From Octopus sinensis (lineage: Eukaryota), in NCBI RefSeq assembly GCF_006345805.1, contig NC_043008.1, forward strand, positions 40,176,001 to 40,240,000: a stretch of 64,000 bases of DNA, given 5' to 3'. Numbering within the stretch: position 1 is the first letter of the stretch; the number at the start of each line of letters is the position of its first letter. The notes beneath the pieces were generated by a model that saw only the letters and a program-made list of their open reading frames with translations, did no database searches and had not been told where the DNA came from. Positions 1-12,912 of the stretch are shown piece by piece. Made by a program: the position numbers and the translations under genes.

Positions 1-898
1 CAGTAAACAATAGGATGATAATTATTTGATCGACCTAAAAATGATTGAATTCAAAATCGACTCCTTCGAAGTTCAACCAGTGAACGCATGCAGATGGAAA
101 TAACACTGCAAATCAGTATGACTCTTGACCTCTTAACACTTTCGAAGTTTTAAATCATCACAGGTTCTAATTGTAGAGATCACAAGGAGCTGTTGCTTGT
201 ATAAGAAATGTCTATTACACTGTATAAACCATACATATTGTTGTAGGATATGTTCATACGTGTATCATATAGCAGCGTGCAAGTAAAATTTTCCAACATA
301 TGTGAGTGTTTATGGCGTTGATATGCTGTAAAATATCTCATTGATGAACAATGTTGTGTATTAGTATGAATACAATATTAAAAATTAGATTACGTAGGAT
401 GAAAATAATTACTAAGAAAAGAGTCACGTTTCATGACTCGAATGACAGAAATATATCGATGCTGGGAGCAAATGCTAATAAAATATTAAGAAATATAAGC
501 TGACATTAGACCTGTTCGTTGTTTTCCAACACGTATGTAGTAGGAAATACTGAATGCACACGTACAATTTATGCGCAAACAATGATCCAATATATATGGA
601 TTTAGATTTATTTACTGAGTATTGTAGCATAAATGCATGGATGCATAATTGACTTTGTCTAAGTTTACATGTCGTTGTAAACACGATTAATTATTCAAAC
701 ATCGTATCACCATACACTCCAACAAACACGCAAGCGTATGCGTGTACATAATTATATTAAGAATGACGTAAAGAATGCCACGTGCTTTAAATTTGATATG
801 AATTTGTAGAATGAAACCTAAACAAAAACGTAGAAACTAGAGGCAATTGTCAAACATTTTAACATAAGGAACAATACATTTTTCATAATCCTTTAGAT

Positions 899-1202
899 CG
901 AGGTTTCTCAAACGAGATCCGTATAAGATTTTGGGAGGTCCATCGATGCAATATAGTAAATTGAGAGTCCATGGTAATTTTTTAGGGGCCATGAAAAAAC
1001 TGTGCTGCAGACCCGTAAAGCTTATGCGCAATAAATATGTTATACATCCACTATTTTAACAATTTTTAATACACGTCATAATAAATTTCATCAATAAAAA
1101 TATTATGTTTTTTTTTTTTAACATCGAATGACTATGGGAGTCCAGTGAAGTACAATAGGAATAAATGGGTTCCATTGATACAAAAATAGTTGAGGACCAC
1201 TG
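899..1202. mobile_element. hAT (Charlie-like) MITE, ~304 bp, degenerate TIRs
   Basis: Identical 8-bp direct repeat CTTTAGAT at 891-898 and 1203-1210 (hAT-length TSD). Left end CGAGGTTTCTCAAAC resembles the reverse complement of the right end, CAGTGGTCCTCAACT. Confidence 0.7.
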
Positions 1203-1341
1203 CTTTAGATGACATGACAGAGTATTGTCTGATTATGGGCAAGGGATTTCGAAGATTCGGTTTACTTGATTACATTAGCATAATTCAATTTACTCAAGCC
1301 AGTAGGGATTTTAACTGTGGAAAAAGAAATAGGTATATCTA

Positions 1342-1344
<3 letters not shown>

Positions 1345-1387
<43 letters not shown>
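1345..1387. repeat. (GT)n microsatellite
   Basis: Direct inspection. Confidence 0.95.
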
Positions 1388-1389
<2 letters not shown>

Positions 1390-1864
1390 GTGATCTTTTT
1401 TTGGAGAGAAAGAACAAAAAGTTATAAGCATATGCATCACTTAAGTGATATCGCCAGCGTAGAATGGTTTAATCTCTTCTCTATCTCCTCCATAGATATG
1501 ACCACTTCTCACTTAGCTTAAGGTGCCAGCTCTGGTAACGAATAAAGAATTCAGAATCTGAATTTATCAATATCACTGCCACTGCTGGCCGAATTTCGTC
1601 TGCTGTTGATATATGTCTGCCTCTTTTCAAACCCTAAACGTCAATAAATGATGTTTACCTGAGACGAAAACCGCAAGTGAGATGACTTTCAACAATGTAC
1701 AAGATTTAAATGTCATATAGAGATTGCCCACTTGAACTAAATGAACTGCATCTGTTGAAATGACAAATGTACCTGTATGTACGTATGTGTGACAAATGTA
1801 CCTGTATATATGTATATATATGTGTGTGTGCCTATGTGTGTATAGTTCGTTGCATTGTATAGTT

Positions 1865-2036
1865 TAATATTTTGGCACAAAACCAACTATTCGGAGAGAG
1901 TTCGAATCTATTACATGGGCCCCTATTGCTGGTCAACTGGTGCTCCTTTTTATCGACACCGAAATGACGAAAAGCAAAAATCGACCTCTACAGAATTTGA
2001 ACTCTGAACGTAAAGAGGACGAAATACCGGTAAGTA
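1865..2036 (-). mobile_element. Degenerate tRNA-type SINE (family of 23753-23987)
   Basis: Aligns by eye with 23753-23987 (atcgacaccgaaatgacgaaaagcaaaaatcgacctc...gaatttgaactctgaacgt...gacgaaatacc). Confidence 0.65.
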
Positions 2037-2801
2037 ATTTGCTCGACATCTTAGATTGTTTTAATAATTCTCGATATTACTTTGTTTTCCATAAATCAGT
2101 GGAAGAGAATACTTACATGAATCATTGTACTGATTCTGAGAAATTGATTATACATTCACTAAATGATAGCTTCTTTCTGTTTGCCAGAGTTAGTAATATT
2201 CAAGTAATATTTAAGTATGGGAGGTGCATGCGAGGTTTATCAGAGAGTCAGCTGTGGGGTCCAGTAATCGCTATTAGCGCTCTACGACTGTAAATGCCAT
2301 GTATCCTGTCGTGATAAAATAATTACAAATTCAATACTCAATTGTTATAACTCAGCCAGAATTCCGGCCTTGTGCCTACGTTAAAAACCCCAATTGCTAT
2401 ATGTATTAGGTTTCTATTCTGAGCTCAAATTCTACCCAGTTTTCTATGGCTTTAGGTCATTTGGACGATACAATTCATGCACACGTCACAGGGTAATTGA
2501 GCCGTTTAAATTTCCTATACCCAATAACAGTTATGGCTTAGTGCCAAACAGAGAAATCCCTTTTATTGTTTAATGATAAGTTTGGGCATGGAAAGATATA
2601 AAACCTGAAAACGCTTATACTTCAGGTGATAATATATGATAAGAGAAATAATGGTTTTTCTGTGACAGATAAACTTTATGCTGCTGGTTTAACTTTATTG
2701 AAAAAAAGTACGTAGAAGCCTGCCAATAATTCCAGAGAGGTTGATATATGATTGTAATCAAGATAGCAGAATTAAGGTTCAACAAACTTGCAGCCAGATT
2801 G

Positions 2802-2997
2802 CAGTCTGTTTGGCTCTTCTTTCTTTTTACTCCTCTACACAATATATATTTACTCCCCGTATATACAGTTACACATGCATACTTGCACTCATTCATATAT
2901 ACAAAGCGTATGAGTGTGTCTGTGTTTGTATATTAGCATAATAACCTCATTCGGTAAAATGTTGGTGAATTTTATATTTATGTCCCGATAATTTTCC
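2802..2997 (+). repeat. ~195-bp direct duplication, copy 1 (copy 2 at 4307-4503)
   Basis: The block cagtctgtttgg...tactcctctacacaat...aacctcattcggtaaaatgtt recurs 1505 bp later with scattered substitutions. Confidence 0.9.
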
Positions 2998-3012
2998 ATT
3001 TCTTTAACAACT

Positions 3013-3107
3013 TATATATATATATATATATATATATAAACATATATATTTATGTACATGTATATATATATAATATATATATATATATATAAACATATAT
3101 ATTTATG

Positions 3108-3170
<63 letters not shown>

Positions 3171-3190
3171 GTATATATGTATGTGTGTGA

Positions 3191-3232
<42 letters not shown>
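3013..3232. repeat. (TA)n-rich microsatellite
   Basis: Direct inspection. Explains the IYIYIY ORFs. Confidence 0.95.
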
Positions 3233-3237
<5 letters not shown>

Positions 3238-4306
3238 TACATACTCAATTCTCACTCCTCTCACATACACATATATTTGTCTATATGGATGAAGACAATA
3301 AAAGTAATTCTTTTTATCAACAACTGCACACAGTTCACATATCGGAATATATTTATTGGACGGTTTTAAAGGTGAGCCATTTCTAATCGTACCATTTGAC
3401 GTATATTGTCTGTTTCTGATAAAACATATTTATTACATATCGTATTTGTGATTTGAATACGCATTTCGCGTAAAAAAATATTTAAGAAAATATTAAATAA
3501 AAAACACATAATTAAATCCAACCTAAACCACAAATTTCAAATTTTGTATTGTAGAAACATATTATCCTGGATATAGAAATACTACGAGAAACAGGTCCCT
3601 AACATCATCATCTTGAATTGTACTCCAGTTATTGAGTCTCGACTACATTTGTGTACGGTTATATTTATCAAGAAATTTGTCCGTTTTACGTTTTTACAAT
3701 GGATTTATATCCAAGGGAAAATAAAATAAGATGACTAATACATTCTTGTGTGTCGATGTTAACACTTATATCCACTAAGAAGGATATATTTCCGTTTCAT
3801 ACTTGACATTCAGTTTGAGCAAAATAATTTCATTTAATACGCCTGAATAATTTACATGGAATCCAGATCGCTCCTAGACACTGAGAGCTTAAATATTCTA
3901 AAATAGAATGTTTTTATACAAGCACTTCATTCTATGTTCAGTTAAATCCATTCAAACAAAGTGCTTATCATATTTTCTCAGACAACCAACAGGTGAACAA
4001 CCTTTCATATTTCATTTAAAATCTAGATTAAGCAACCATTCTGCTTGGACAATTACATCTATGATAAATATCGCATCCATATATAGATACGTGAAATAAT
4101 AATCAGCCATTCACCCCGTAGTAAAAGAGTTTTGTTCTGTACAATTACATGTAATTTTGAATTCAAATCTAAAAATAGGAAAAGTTAATGAATATACTTT
4201 AAGGTAAATACAATGAAAAGTAGCATGCTAAGCCATTTCCTCAGGTGCTAACAATTAATGGAGATATGCCTTCGACAATAGAGTCAATCCATAATAAAGT
4301 AATGAA

Positions 4307-4503
4307 CAGTCTGTTTGGTTCTCCTTTCCTTTTACTCCTCTACACAATACATATTTACTCCCCGTATATACAGTCACACACGCATACTGGCACTCATTCA
4401 TATATACAAAGCGTATGAGTGTGTCTGTATTTGTATTTTAGCATAACAACCTCATTCGGTAAAATGTTCGTGAATTTTATGTTTATGTACTGATAGTTTT
4501 CTA
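4307..4503 (+). repeat. ~195-bp direct duplication, copy 2
   Basis: See 2802-2997. Confidence 0.9.
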
Positions 4504-6279
4504 TGTACAGTGGAGGAATTCATAGATAATATTTATTATTTTTCTAATAGACGACAGGAAGAGGAAAAATACGAAGAGCAGAAACATGTAGTGGATTGCA
4601 AGCATACAATCATGCTAGATAATTTTATCGTGTTTTGTATGATAAACGTAATTTTCTTCGCAACTACGTTAATTTTTCACATATTCTGCAATACAATTAA
4701 AACATACATTGATATATAGGAGACGCCAATGAGCGTAGTTACAAACACATGGCAGTTGAACTTGATTAAGGTGGGATTTTGATTTAAAAAGAAATATTCC
4801 AGTGACGGACATCGTTGCCATAGCGACTCACAAGATCACAGACGCGTTTTGCCTCTATTGAAACTTGTCAATGCCATGCACTCCATTGTCAACTGCTTAG
4901 ACGGAATCTGTGAATCCGACCATGTTATAAGTTCTCAGTCATGATTAGATTGCACCTCATAGCAGAAACTGCAGTGAGCCAATGAAGTTGATTACATCAT
5001 TTCTTATTAATTTGCCATTTATTTAATATCCTAATTACGTTCACCAGTCGACAAATATATATGTATATTTGAAGTCTCTTTGTAGCCATGATCAAATCTG
5101 AAACAGAATGAAAATAATTTTAATATCTTTGTTGATAACATAAGCGTTTAATTAATTAATTTGACCGCAAGTAGCTAGAATGCAAAATTTGAATTTGCAT
5201 GAAACTTAGAGCACGTAGAACATAACCGTTTTCAGATTTCAATTTAGTAGGTTAAAAACCGTAAGAATTAGAAAAAATATTATGCAACTGAGATTTTAAA
5301 AACTGTTTGTTGTACTGTGTCGACTATTACGTTTAAAATTTAAGTAATTTGTCTACTTAAAACGCTGCTATTACGCACTTACCATTGTACTACTCTTGTG
5401 TTATTTCCATAACTTCTATACATCGCTGTATTAGTCTCATTTTGTATTCATTAAGTGGATGACAATTATCTAATTTCCTCCATATTTATTCTTATTTTCC
5501 TTGTCAACAATCTCTACAACCCCCAAAACTTCAATTTTAGTAGTCTTTGCTAGTAAACCTATTTTTATTGCCTTTCCTATATTTTTTCCATTTCGCTATC
5601 TACACAACAATTTTACTAATTTAATATTTTATGAAATCATTAATTCACTAATTCACTGCAAATTATTTTCACCTACCCCGTAAATTTAGGGAAATTAACG
5701 ATTCCCAAGTCATTCCTAGGTTATTTTGTCCTACGCCCTCTTCCGCTTAGCTGAAAGTGCCCTCGGAGCGCTAAACATACGCCAACAAATGCCATTTGCC
5801 TGAAGGATAAACAAACACCAATTCAGAAGCATTTCAATTGCCGTTAAATCTATATTCCAAACACTTCAACCTATTATTAAGAGTGGCCAACCGAATATTG
5901 AATGTCTCTTTTACTCTGTTTCGATTTTGTCTCATGAACCCAGCAATCGCATTTATTACATTTTTTTGTTAAATTCTTTGCAAATGCAGTCTATTTTTTC
6001 TTGTACTACCTCATTGCATTTGTTATCTCAGGAAACCTTTCAAATTTTGACTAGTACCCACCATTTAAATTACACCTTTTATCCTGTCTTATTATTCGTC
6101 CGACTTCTGCTATAAGATTATTCCTGATTATTTCTATCCCAGTTGGTACACGTATCCATATAATGAAGCTGCTAAATTACGTGAGTATCAGTGGGAGAGA
6201 CGGACCACCAACATTCCATGCATGTTTCTGAGATTTATGTGCTTAGGTTAAAGTTATTTAGCGACTTATTCGTTGATAT

Positions 6280-6668
6280 GGATGGAAGCACTCCGTCGGT
6301 TACGACGACGAGGGTTCCGGTTGATCCGATCAACGGAACAGCCTGCTCGTGAAATTAACGTGTAAGTGGCTGAGCACTCAACAGACACGTGTACCCTTAA
6401 CGTATTTCTCGGGGATATTCAGCGTGACACAGAGAGTGACAAGGCCAGCCCTTCGAAATACAAGGTACAACAGAAACAGGAAGTAAGAGTGAGAGAAAGT
6501 TGTGGTGAAAGAGTACAGCAGGGATCACCACCATCCCCTGCTGGAGCCTCGTGGAGCTTTTGGTGTTTTCGCTCAATAAACACTCACAACGCCCGGTCTG
6601 GGAATCGAAACCGCGATCGTACGACCGCGAGTCCGCTGCCCTATATATTGGGCCATTGCGCCTCCGCC
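6280..6668 (-). mobile_element. tRNA-derived SINE, near full length, with TSD
   Basis: Minus strand begins ggaggcgcaatggcccaat...agggcagcggactcgcggtcgtacgatcgcggtttcgattcccag (A/B-box-like). 10-bp TSD TCGTTGATAT at 6270-6279 and 6669-6678. Paralog at 33784-34039. Confidence 0.85.
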
Positions 6669-7165
6669 TCGTTGATATATATATACCTCAGCGAAGAGCA
6701 AAAGGTTGAGAATAGCTAGTTTTTGTGAACTATATAGTCGTATAGCAACAGATGAGGAACGCCAGAATTGGAAAGTTATGGATAATTACCGACGAAACAC
6801 ATTAATTACTGTACAGTTTAGTGCGATCACCAAGATATCAGCAAAAAGAAATTCATTGCGAGCTTGAGATTAATACGTCCGAGGTCTCAAGGGGAGATAA
6901 TAGAAAAAGGCTCATTCGTTTATTATTTCCCTTGTTCAGACCAGTCGACGTAACGGACCGTCTTTTGGTAGAAGCTATCGCAGTGTTAATGAGTTATTTC
7001 ATCGACCCTTTTAGATATCAATTGGTGGGCTCTACTGGACGAGTTAGATAAGATAGACATGTATTCCCTTACGGCTGATGTAGTTTAACTCTTTTTTTCC
7101 AAGGCTTGAGTACCAATTGAAAAATTCAAATTTGATTGCAAAGAATCCAAACTAGATCGAAAACA

Positions 7166-7210
<45 letters not shown>

Positions 7211-7450
7211 CAATTAAGGATAACTTCTTAATAAGGAATCTTAACAAGAAATTATCAGATAGATAGCGTCAAAAACCTCATAAGAGAAAAATTTCGAAAA
7301 TAATTCTTTCTTATTGAACATATTAATTTATATATAGAGGGCATTATTACACATAAATGCCACACGCTAAGAGGGACATTAGTCATTTCTACCAAAAAAT
7401 TTTACTGATCATACCGAATGCAATTTTTCAAAGCAAGACATTTAAAAAAT

Positions 7451-7523
7451 GAATTTGGTCTTGTATCACCTGTGATTTCGTACTTACCGTAGTTGCGACC
7501 GTACTCATCGGCAAGACTGATTC
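7451..7523 (-). ncRNA. Type I hammerhead ribozyme, copy A1 (core mutated to CCGAUGA)
   Basis: Reverse complement reads GAAUCA-GUCUUG-CCGAUGA-GUAC...GUAC-GAAA-UCAC-AG-GUGA-UA-CAAGAC-CAAAUUC. The U4C core change suggests reduced or no activity. Confidence 0.75.
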
Positions 7524-8141
7524 TGAACATATCATAAATAAACGACCCTGTACCGTCAAAGCCGAACAGCTATCTGTTCCACTCCAGCGAAGCACATGGG
7601 AAGTTTACATATAATACATCCGGCAAATGGCAGGCTTCTTCGAATTGCATTTCGGATAGGAGACGTTTTTTCGGAATAAAATTATTTAACAATTAAGGAT
7701 AACTTCTTAATAAGGAATCTTAACAAGAAATTATCAGGTAGATAGCGTGAAAAACCTCATAAGAGAAAAATTTCGAAAATAATTCTTTCTTATTGAACAT
7801 ATTAATTTATATATAAAGGGCATTATTGCACATACATGCCACACGCTAAGAGGGACATTAGTCATTCCTATCAAAACATTTTACTAATCATACCGAATGC
7901 AATTTTTCAAAGCAAGACATTTAAAAAATGATAATTTCTTGTTAAGATTCCTCATTAAGAAGTTATCCTTAATTGTTAAATAATTTTATTCCGAAAAAAC
8001 TTTTCCTATCCGAAATGCAATTCGAAGAAGCCTGCCATTTACCGGATGTATTATATGTAAACTTCCCATGTGCTTCGCTGGAGTGGAACAGATAGCTGTT
8101 CGGCTTTGACGGTACAGGGTCGTTTATTTATGATATGTTCA

Positions 8142-8214
8142 GAATCAGTCTTGCTGATGAGTACGGTCGCAACTGCGGTAAGTACGAAATCACAGGTGAT
8201 ACAAGACTAAATTC
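8142..8214 (+). ncRNA. Type I hammerhead ribozyme, copy A2 (canonical core)
   Basis: Stem I GUCUUG(8148-53)/CAAGAC(8202-07); core CUGAUGA(8154-60); stem II GUAC/GUAC; GAAA(8186-89); stem III AUCAC-AG-GUGAU; predicted cleavage after AUA at 8201; stem I extension GAAU/AUUC beyond an internal loop. Confidence 0.9.
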
Positions 8215-8620
8215 ATTTTTTAAATGTCTTGCTTTGAAAAATTGCATTCGGAATGATTAGTAAAATTTTTTGGTAGAAATGACTAATGTCCCTCTTAGCG
8301 TGTGGCATGTATGTGTAATAATGCCCTCTATATATAAATTAATATGTTCAATAAGAAAGAATTATTTTCGAAATTTTTCTCTTATGAGGTTTTTCACGCT
8401 ATCTACCTGATAATTTCTTGTTAAGATTCCTTATTAAGAAGTTATCCTTAATTGTTAAATAATTTTATTCCGAAAAAACTTTTCCTACCCGAAATGCAAT
8501 TCGAAGAAGCCTGCCATTTACCGGATGTATTATATGTAAACTTCCCATGTGCTTCGCTGGAGTGGAACAGATAGTTGTTCGGCTTTGACGGTACAGGGTC
8601 GTTTATTTATGATATGTTCA

Positions 8621-8693
8621 GAATCAGACTTGCTGATGAGTACGGTCGCAACTGCGGTAAGTACGAAATCACAGGTGATACAAGACTAAATTC
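8621..8693 (+). ncRNA. Type I hammerhead ribozyme, copy A3
   Basis: As A2, 479 bp later. Stem I 5' arm is GACUUG, giving one A-A mismatch. Confidence 0.85.
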
Positions 8694-8807
8694 ATTTTTT
8701 AAATGTCTTGCTTTGAAAAATTGCATTCGGTATGATTAGTAAAATCTTTTGGTAGAAATGACTAATGTCCCACTTAGCGTGTGGCATGTATGTGTAATAA
8801 TGCCCTC

Positions 8808-8839
<32 letters not shown>

Positions 8840-8852
8840 GCCAAAAAATGTT

Positions 8853-8894
<42 letters not shown>

Positions 8895-11800
8895 AATATC
8901 AGGACAGCGCTTTACATATCCAGGTTTCAATATACAATTAACCATATTTATCTTTGTCACTACGTACACTTGTTTCCGCTTCAAGCCGGTATGCACCGCA
9001 AATTGTGCATCTTGATGTTAATCATCAGTACTCCTTCATCGGAGTAAAATTTAACTGTATTTCAAATACACCACAGAACAGTGCATTATATGTGCGTGTG
9101 AGTGCGTGTGTGTGCGTGTCTGTGTATGTGTATGCATATATATATATATATATATGAATAACAGATGAAAAATATGTGTTAACTATTCATTCAATCTAAA
9201 AATTCGTGATATACAACTATTCGCTAAATATATATATTTTGTCTTTGATATATTTCTACAGCACTCTTTTCCGTTACTAGTACATGCATTTGTATGCTGA
9301 CCATATCGCACCCATAACTCTTATTCTGATGTATTTAGACACTGATGCATACTCATAGAATTAATGCGCACACATCTCACATTTCGCATTGGATTTTACC
9401 TGCCTTAACTCACTTTGTACCGCATCTCAGTGATCTTCATGCAATCTAATACTTCGTTATTATTTACATTCTCAGCTTCTTTCTTACTTTCTTTTCACCT
9501 TTCTATCTTTCAGAAGTTAGATTGATTTTTTTTTACGTGTTATTGACTTGTTATACTATATGTGTGTGTATGTATATATTTTGTCACAAACGGCTGAATT
9601 TGAAGGGTAAGACCAAGCGCATTCGTTCAAAGTAACATAGCTGTATTGAATTAACCAGGACCTCTTCTGTAATACAAGATCTTTTGAAATAGACAATGAC
9701 TGTCAACTCCTCGCCAAAGGATGGGACTAGAGAATAGTATGAATATTCATTAAGTGTGTCAATGAGAGCCGGCGTCATCCTGGTATCATTCCTTTGTAAA
9801 TAATTACGTAATTAACCTCGAATTAAATGGTATGTACATCTGTTACCGTTTAAATTAAGCAAAAAAAAAAACATTGATGTACATCCAGAAATTTTCCTCG
9901 TTACATATTATAGTATTCCCCTTTGCTGTTTTGCATTCTGAAGCCGATTCAATTATATTCGATATACAATGGGGTGAAACATATCGTCCATGCCCACATT
10001 CAAAATGTGTAATTTAAAAAAAATGTATGATTCAGAAATCAAATGTGTATCTAGCAATAAAGATATGGGGCGGGGGGGATTTTCGGTAAATAGTTACACC
10101 ACTCTGTACTTTGAGTTCAAATCTCGCTGCCTGTACCTATATAATTTCAATGAGCGAGAAAAGAATCATACGTTAAAAAAATCTCATCGACTTATTTGCG
10201 ATGCTACACACTCGGTCATAAATGTATATTAATGTACCAATATAGAAACTCATTAATATATCAAATGGTTATAAATTTAATCTAGTAAATGGCTTACACT
10301 GCAATACAACAGCTATTCTGCTAAAGAGGCAACAGCATAAACTAAATTCGATTTTCTGTTTCAGTTATATTATCGGCATAATAATATATTTCTACCTCCT
10401 TGTAATGTATAGGCGTTTAAAACTTAAACATAGAAATACCTTTATATTACTATATGAAGTTATTTGGACTTTGAATAAATAGCATATAATTAATAAGTTG
10501 CTTTTTTTTTCAGGTAATATATGTAAATGTTCATTTGCTATCTAATTTCCTCTGGAAATATAAATGCAATTTTATGTTGAATCAATATCATAGCTATGAA
10601 TAATTCCACAGTCTTCTGTTTTGACGAATTAACTGACCGGTTCTGCAAAGGGAATAAATTCAGGTTTTAATGGAATGAAATGATGATTTTGAAAACGAAA
10701 TATGCTAATTTCAAATGAAATGTTTGTTTGAGAATAAAATATTTACGGTTTTGTTTTGTTTTTGTTTTTTTAATAATTTCTTCTTTAATTTCACATTTGT
10801 TAAAACTTAATTGTCAGTTATGAAATCTCATAAATGAAACAAAAGAGAAACGAAATATAACTAATATTAGTAGCAAGGTAGAATAGTATCCTACTTATAG
10901 ACACTGTGTTTTTGTTGCAGTTTTGAATAAACTGCCGTCATACCAGCAATGACTATACTAACGTTTGAAAAGTATGTATGATTAGATTAAATTATTAAAT
11001 AGTTTTAATTTTCCTCTTTAATCCGATAAAATATGTTTTTTTATGGTGATTCCGGGAATGTTGCGTAATGGTGATTTCGGGAATGTTGCGTAATCACTCT
11101 GCCATTTCTTATCATTTGGTACAATTTCCACTGTCAGCAGATAATACTTTCACAAACCGGATCTTTTTCTACGAAATTAAATTAGCATTACTGACACTAA
11201 AAATAGGGCTTCTCTACCACCTTTTGTATTGGGTGAAGAGAAAAATGTGATGAATGTTAATTTCCCCATTCCGATCGGTATTTCTATTCAGACTTAAATG
11301 AGATTTGGCTGCTATTTCACTTTCACCAAGTAACTGTGCAATGATGTTTTGATAGCTCATGGCATGTATAGAATCCACTGAACGTACAAAGTTTGAGTTT
11401 ATTTGCTAGATTTAAGCACATCCTCCTGATTATAGGTTAGCAATGAGGTGCTAAGATTACGGCTGTAAAATCGTGAAATTTACGATTGATATCTTGACTA
11501 CTACTACTGATGTTATGAACATTTTTTCTTTGCCTTTTCGAGGAAGGAAAATTTACCAAGCGCATTTTTGATTCCCAGGAGAATGTGAAACCAACGAGAC
11601 AGCAATGTAACATCTAATATCATGTATTTTTAGAATATTGTAGATCATTCCCAGTGGTAACACAAATCAGTTGCTAGGGGTGGCAATACTGGGATTCTGT
11701 GCATTTTTATGGTAATAGTCAAATTAGTGGGTCTAAACTATGTTCTATTCTATGGTAATTTAATATAAATAAGAAATATTATGTTAGAATTAAATGCAAA

Positions 11801-12509
11801 ACATAAAAGATAATCGTATCAACTAGAAATATACAAATGCATTTCCATCCTCATCTCAGCTGCAAGGCCATTCGAACCTATTTCACTCACAGACATTGAG
11901 AGGAAAGTACTGTCAAATATTCAAAGACAAAAATATAAAATATATTCCGCACAAATGAAAAGGCTAATCATGTCAAGAAGAATTTGGTCAAGTAACATAA
12001 AAAAATATATCGATGAAGAAGATGGCTGGAATTTACGCGGTTAATTGTCAAGTTAGATAGAGGGAAACGTTTGCTTCTCAAGGTGTGTAACCACAATGTC
12101 TCTTGACTTATGATTTTATATTACATTGAATCAGCTGTATAAGCTATTATTAGATTGTGAATGTAGGTGTCTATTTCAATGTGAACATTTGGATTAGAAC
12201 TGATTGAATAAAAGGTATGCAAGTAATGAGGCCAGTAGTGACATGATAACTTAGCAATTATTAATTTCTGTCACTTTTGTCAATTTTAAGGAAATGCACT
12301 TCTTTACCTGCACATATGCGTGTCAAATAAGAACTGCAATCGAAATTAAACTCATTTTAAAATACTATTTTTGGACTTGGCTGTCTGATTTAGTCCTGTA
12401 ATAATGTTGTCATTTTTTTACGAAAAGGATGTCAGTTTTATATGTAACATCATTCGGACCGAGATTTTCGTAGATTAGTGATATTGATGAAAATGCCGGT
12501 GATTTGGAA

Positions 12510-12912
12510 TAGAATGGATTGCAGATCAACAGTGTTTGCACTTGTGTATACGTAAACACATAGGACGGTAGCTAAAAAAGCAGATTTTATCATCCTTGTC
12601 TCGCCGCGGGGTGTCCTATCGGCTAACTAGGGAGCATATGCGTGATATTATTTTCTACAACACATAACAAGTAAATCTTCGTAATACGTAATTGGAACTG
12701 GTAGGGCTAAAGTAGGTCTGAGCCCTCAATTGCAATAGCAAACACTGAACAAATGGTTTGTAATCTTTTGTATTTAAAATAAAGTGACTATGAAACATCC
12801 GCATGATATCAAATTTACGTTCGTCAATCAAAACTGTAAACATATCACTATATTCTACGATCAACAAATCATCTTATAAAACTAATTCACTGTTGATCTG
12901 CAATCCATTCTA
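12510..12912. mobile_element. Candidate MITE with perfect 25-bp terminal inverted repeats
   Basis: TAGAATGGATTGCAGATCAACAGTG (12510-12534) is the exact reverse complement of 12888-12912. The outer TA could be a Tc1/mariner-type TSD. Confidence 0.7.

Larger units (their letters stand above)
7209..8818. mobile_element. HHR tandem array locus A (479-bp monomer, fold-back): retrozyme/Penelope-pLTR-like non-autonomous element
   Basis: aacaattaagg recurs at 7209 and 7688, and tgataatttc at 7929 and 8408 (period 479). Orientation flips at 7929-7931. Flanked by (TA)n at 7168-7208 and 8819 onward. One HHR per monomer. Confidence 0.85.
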
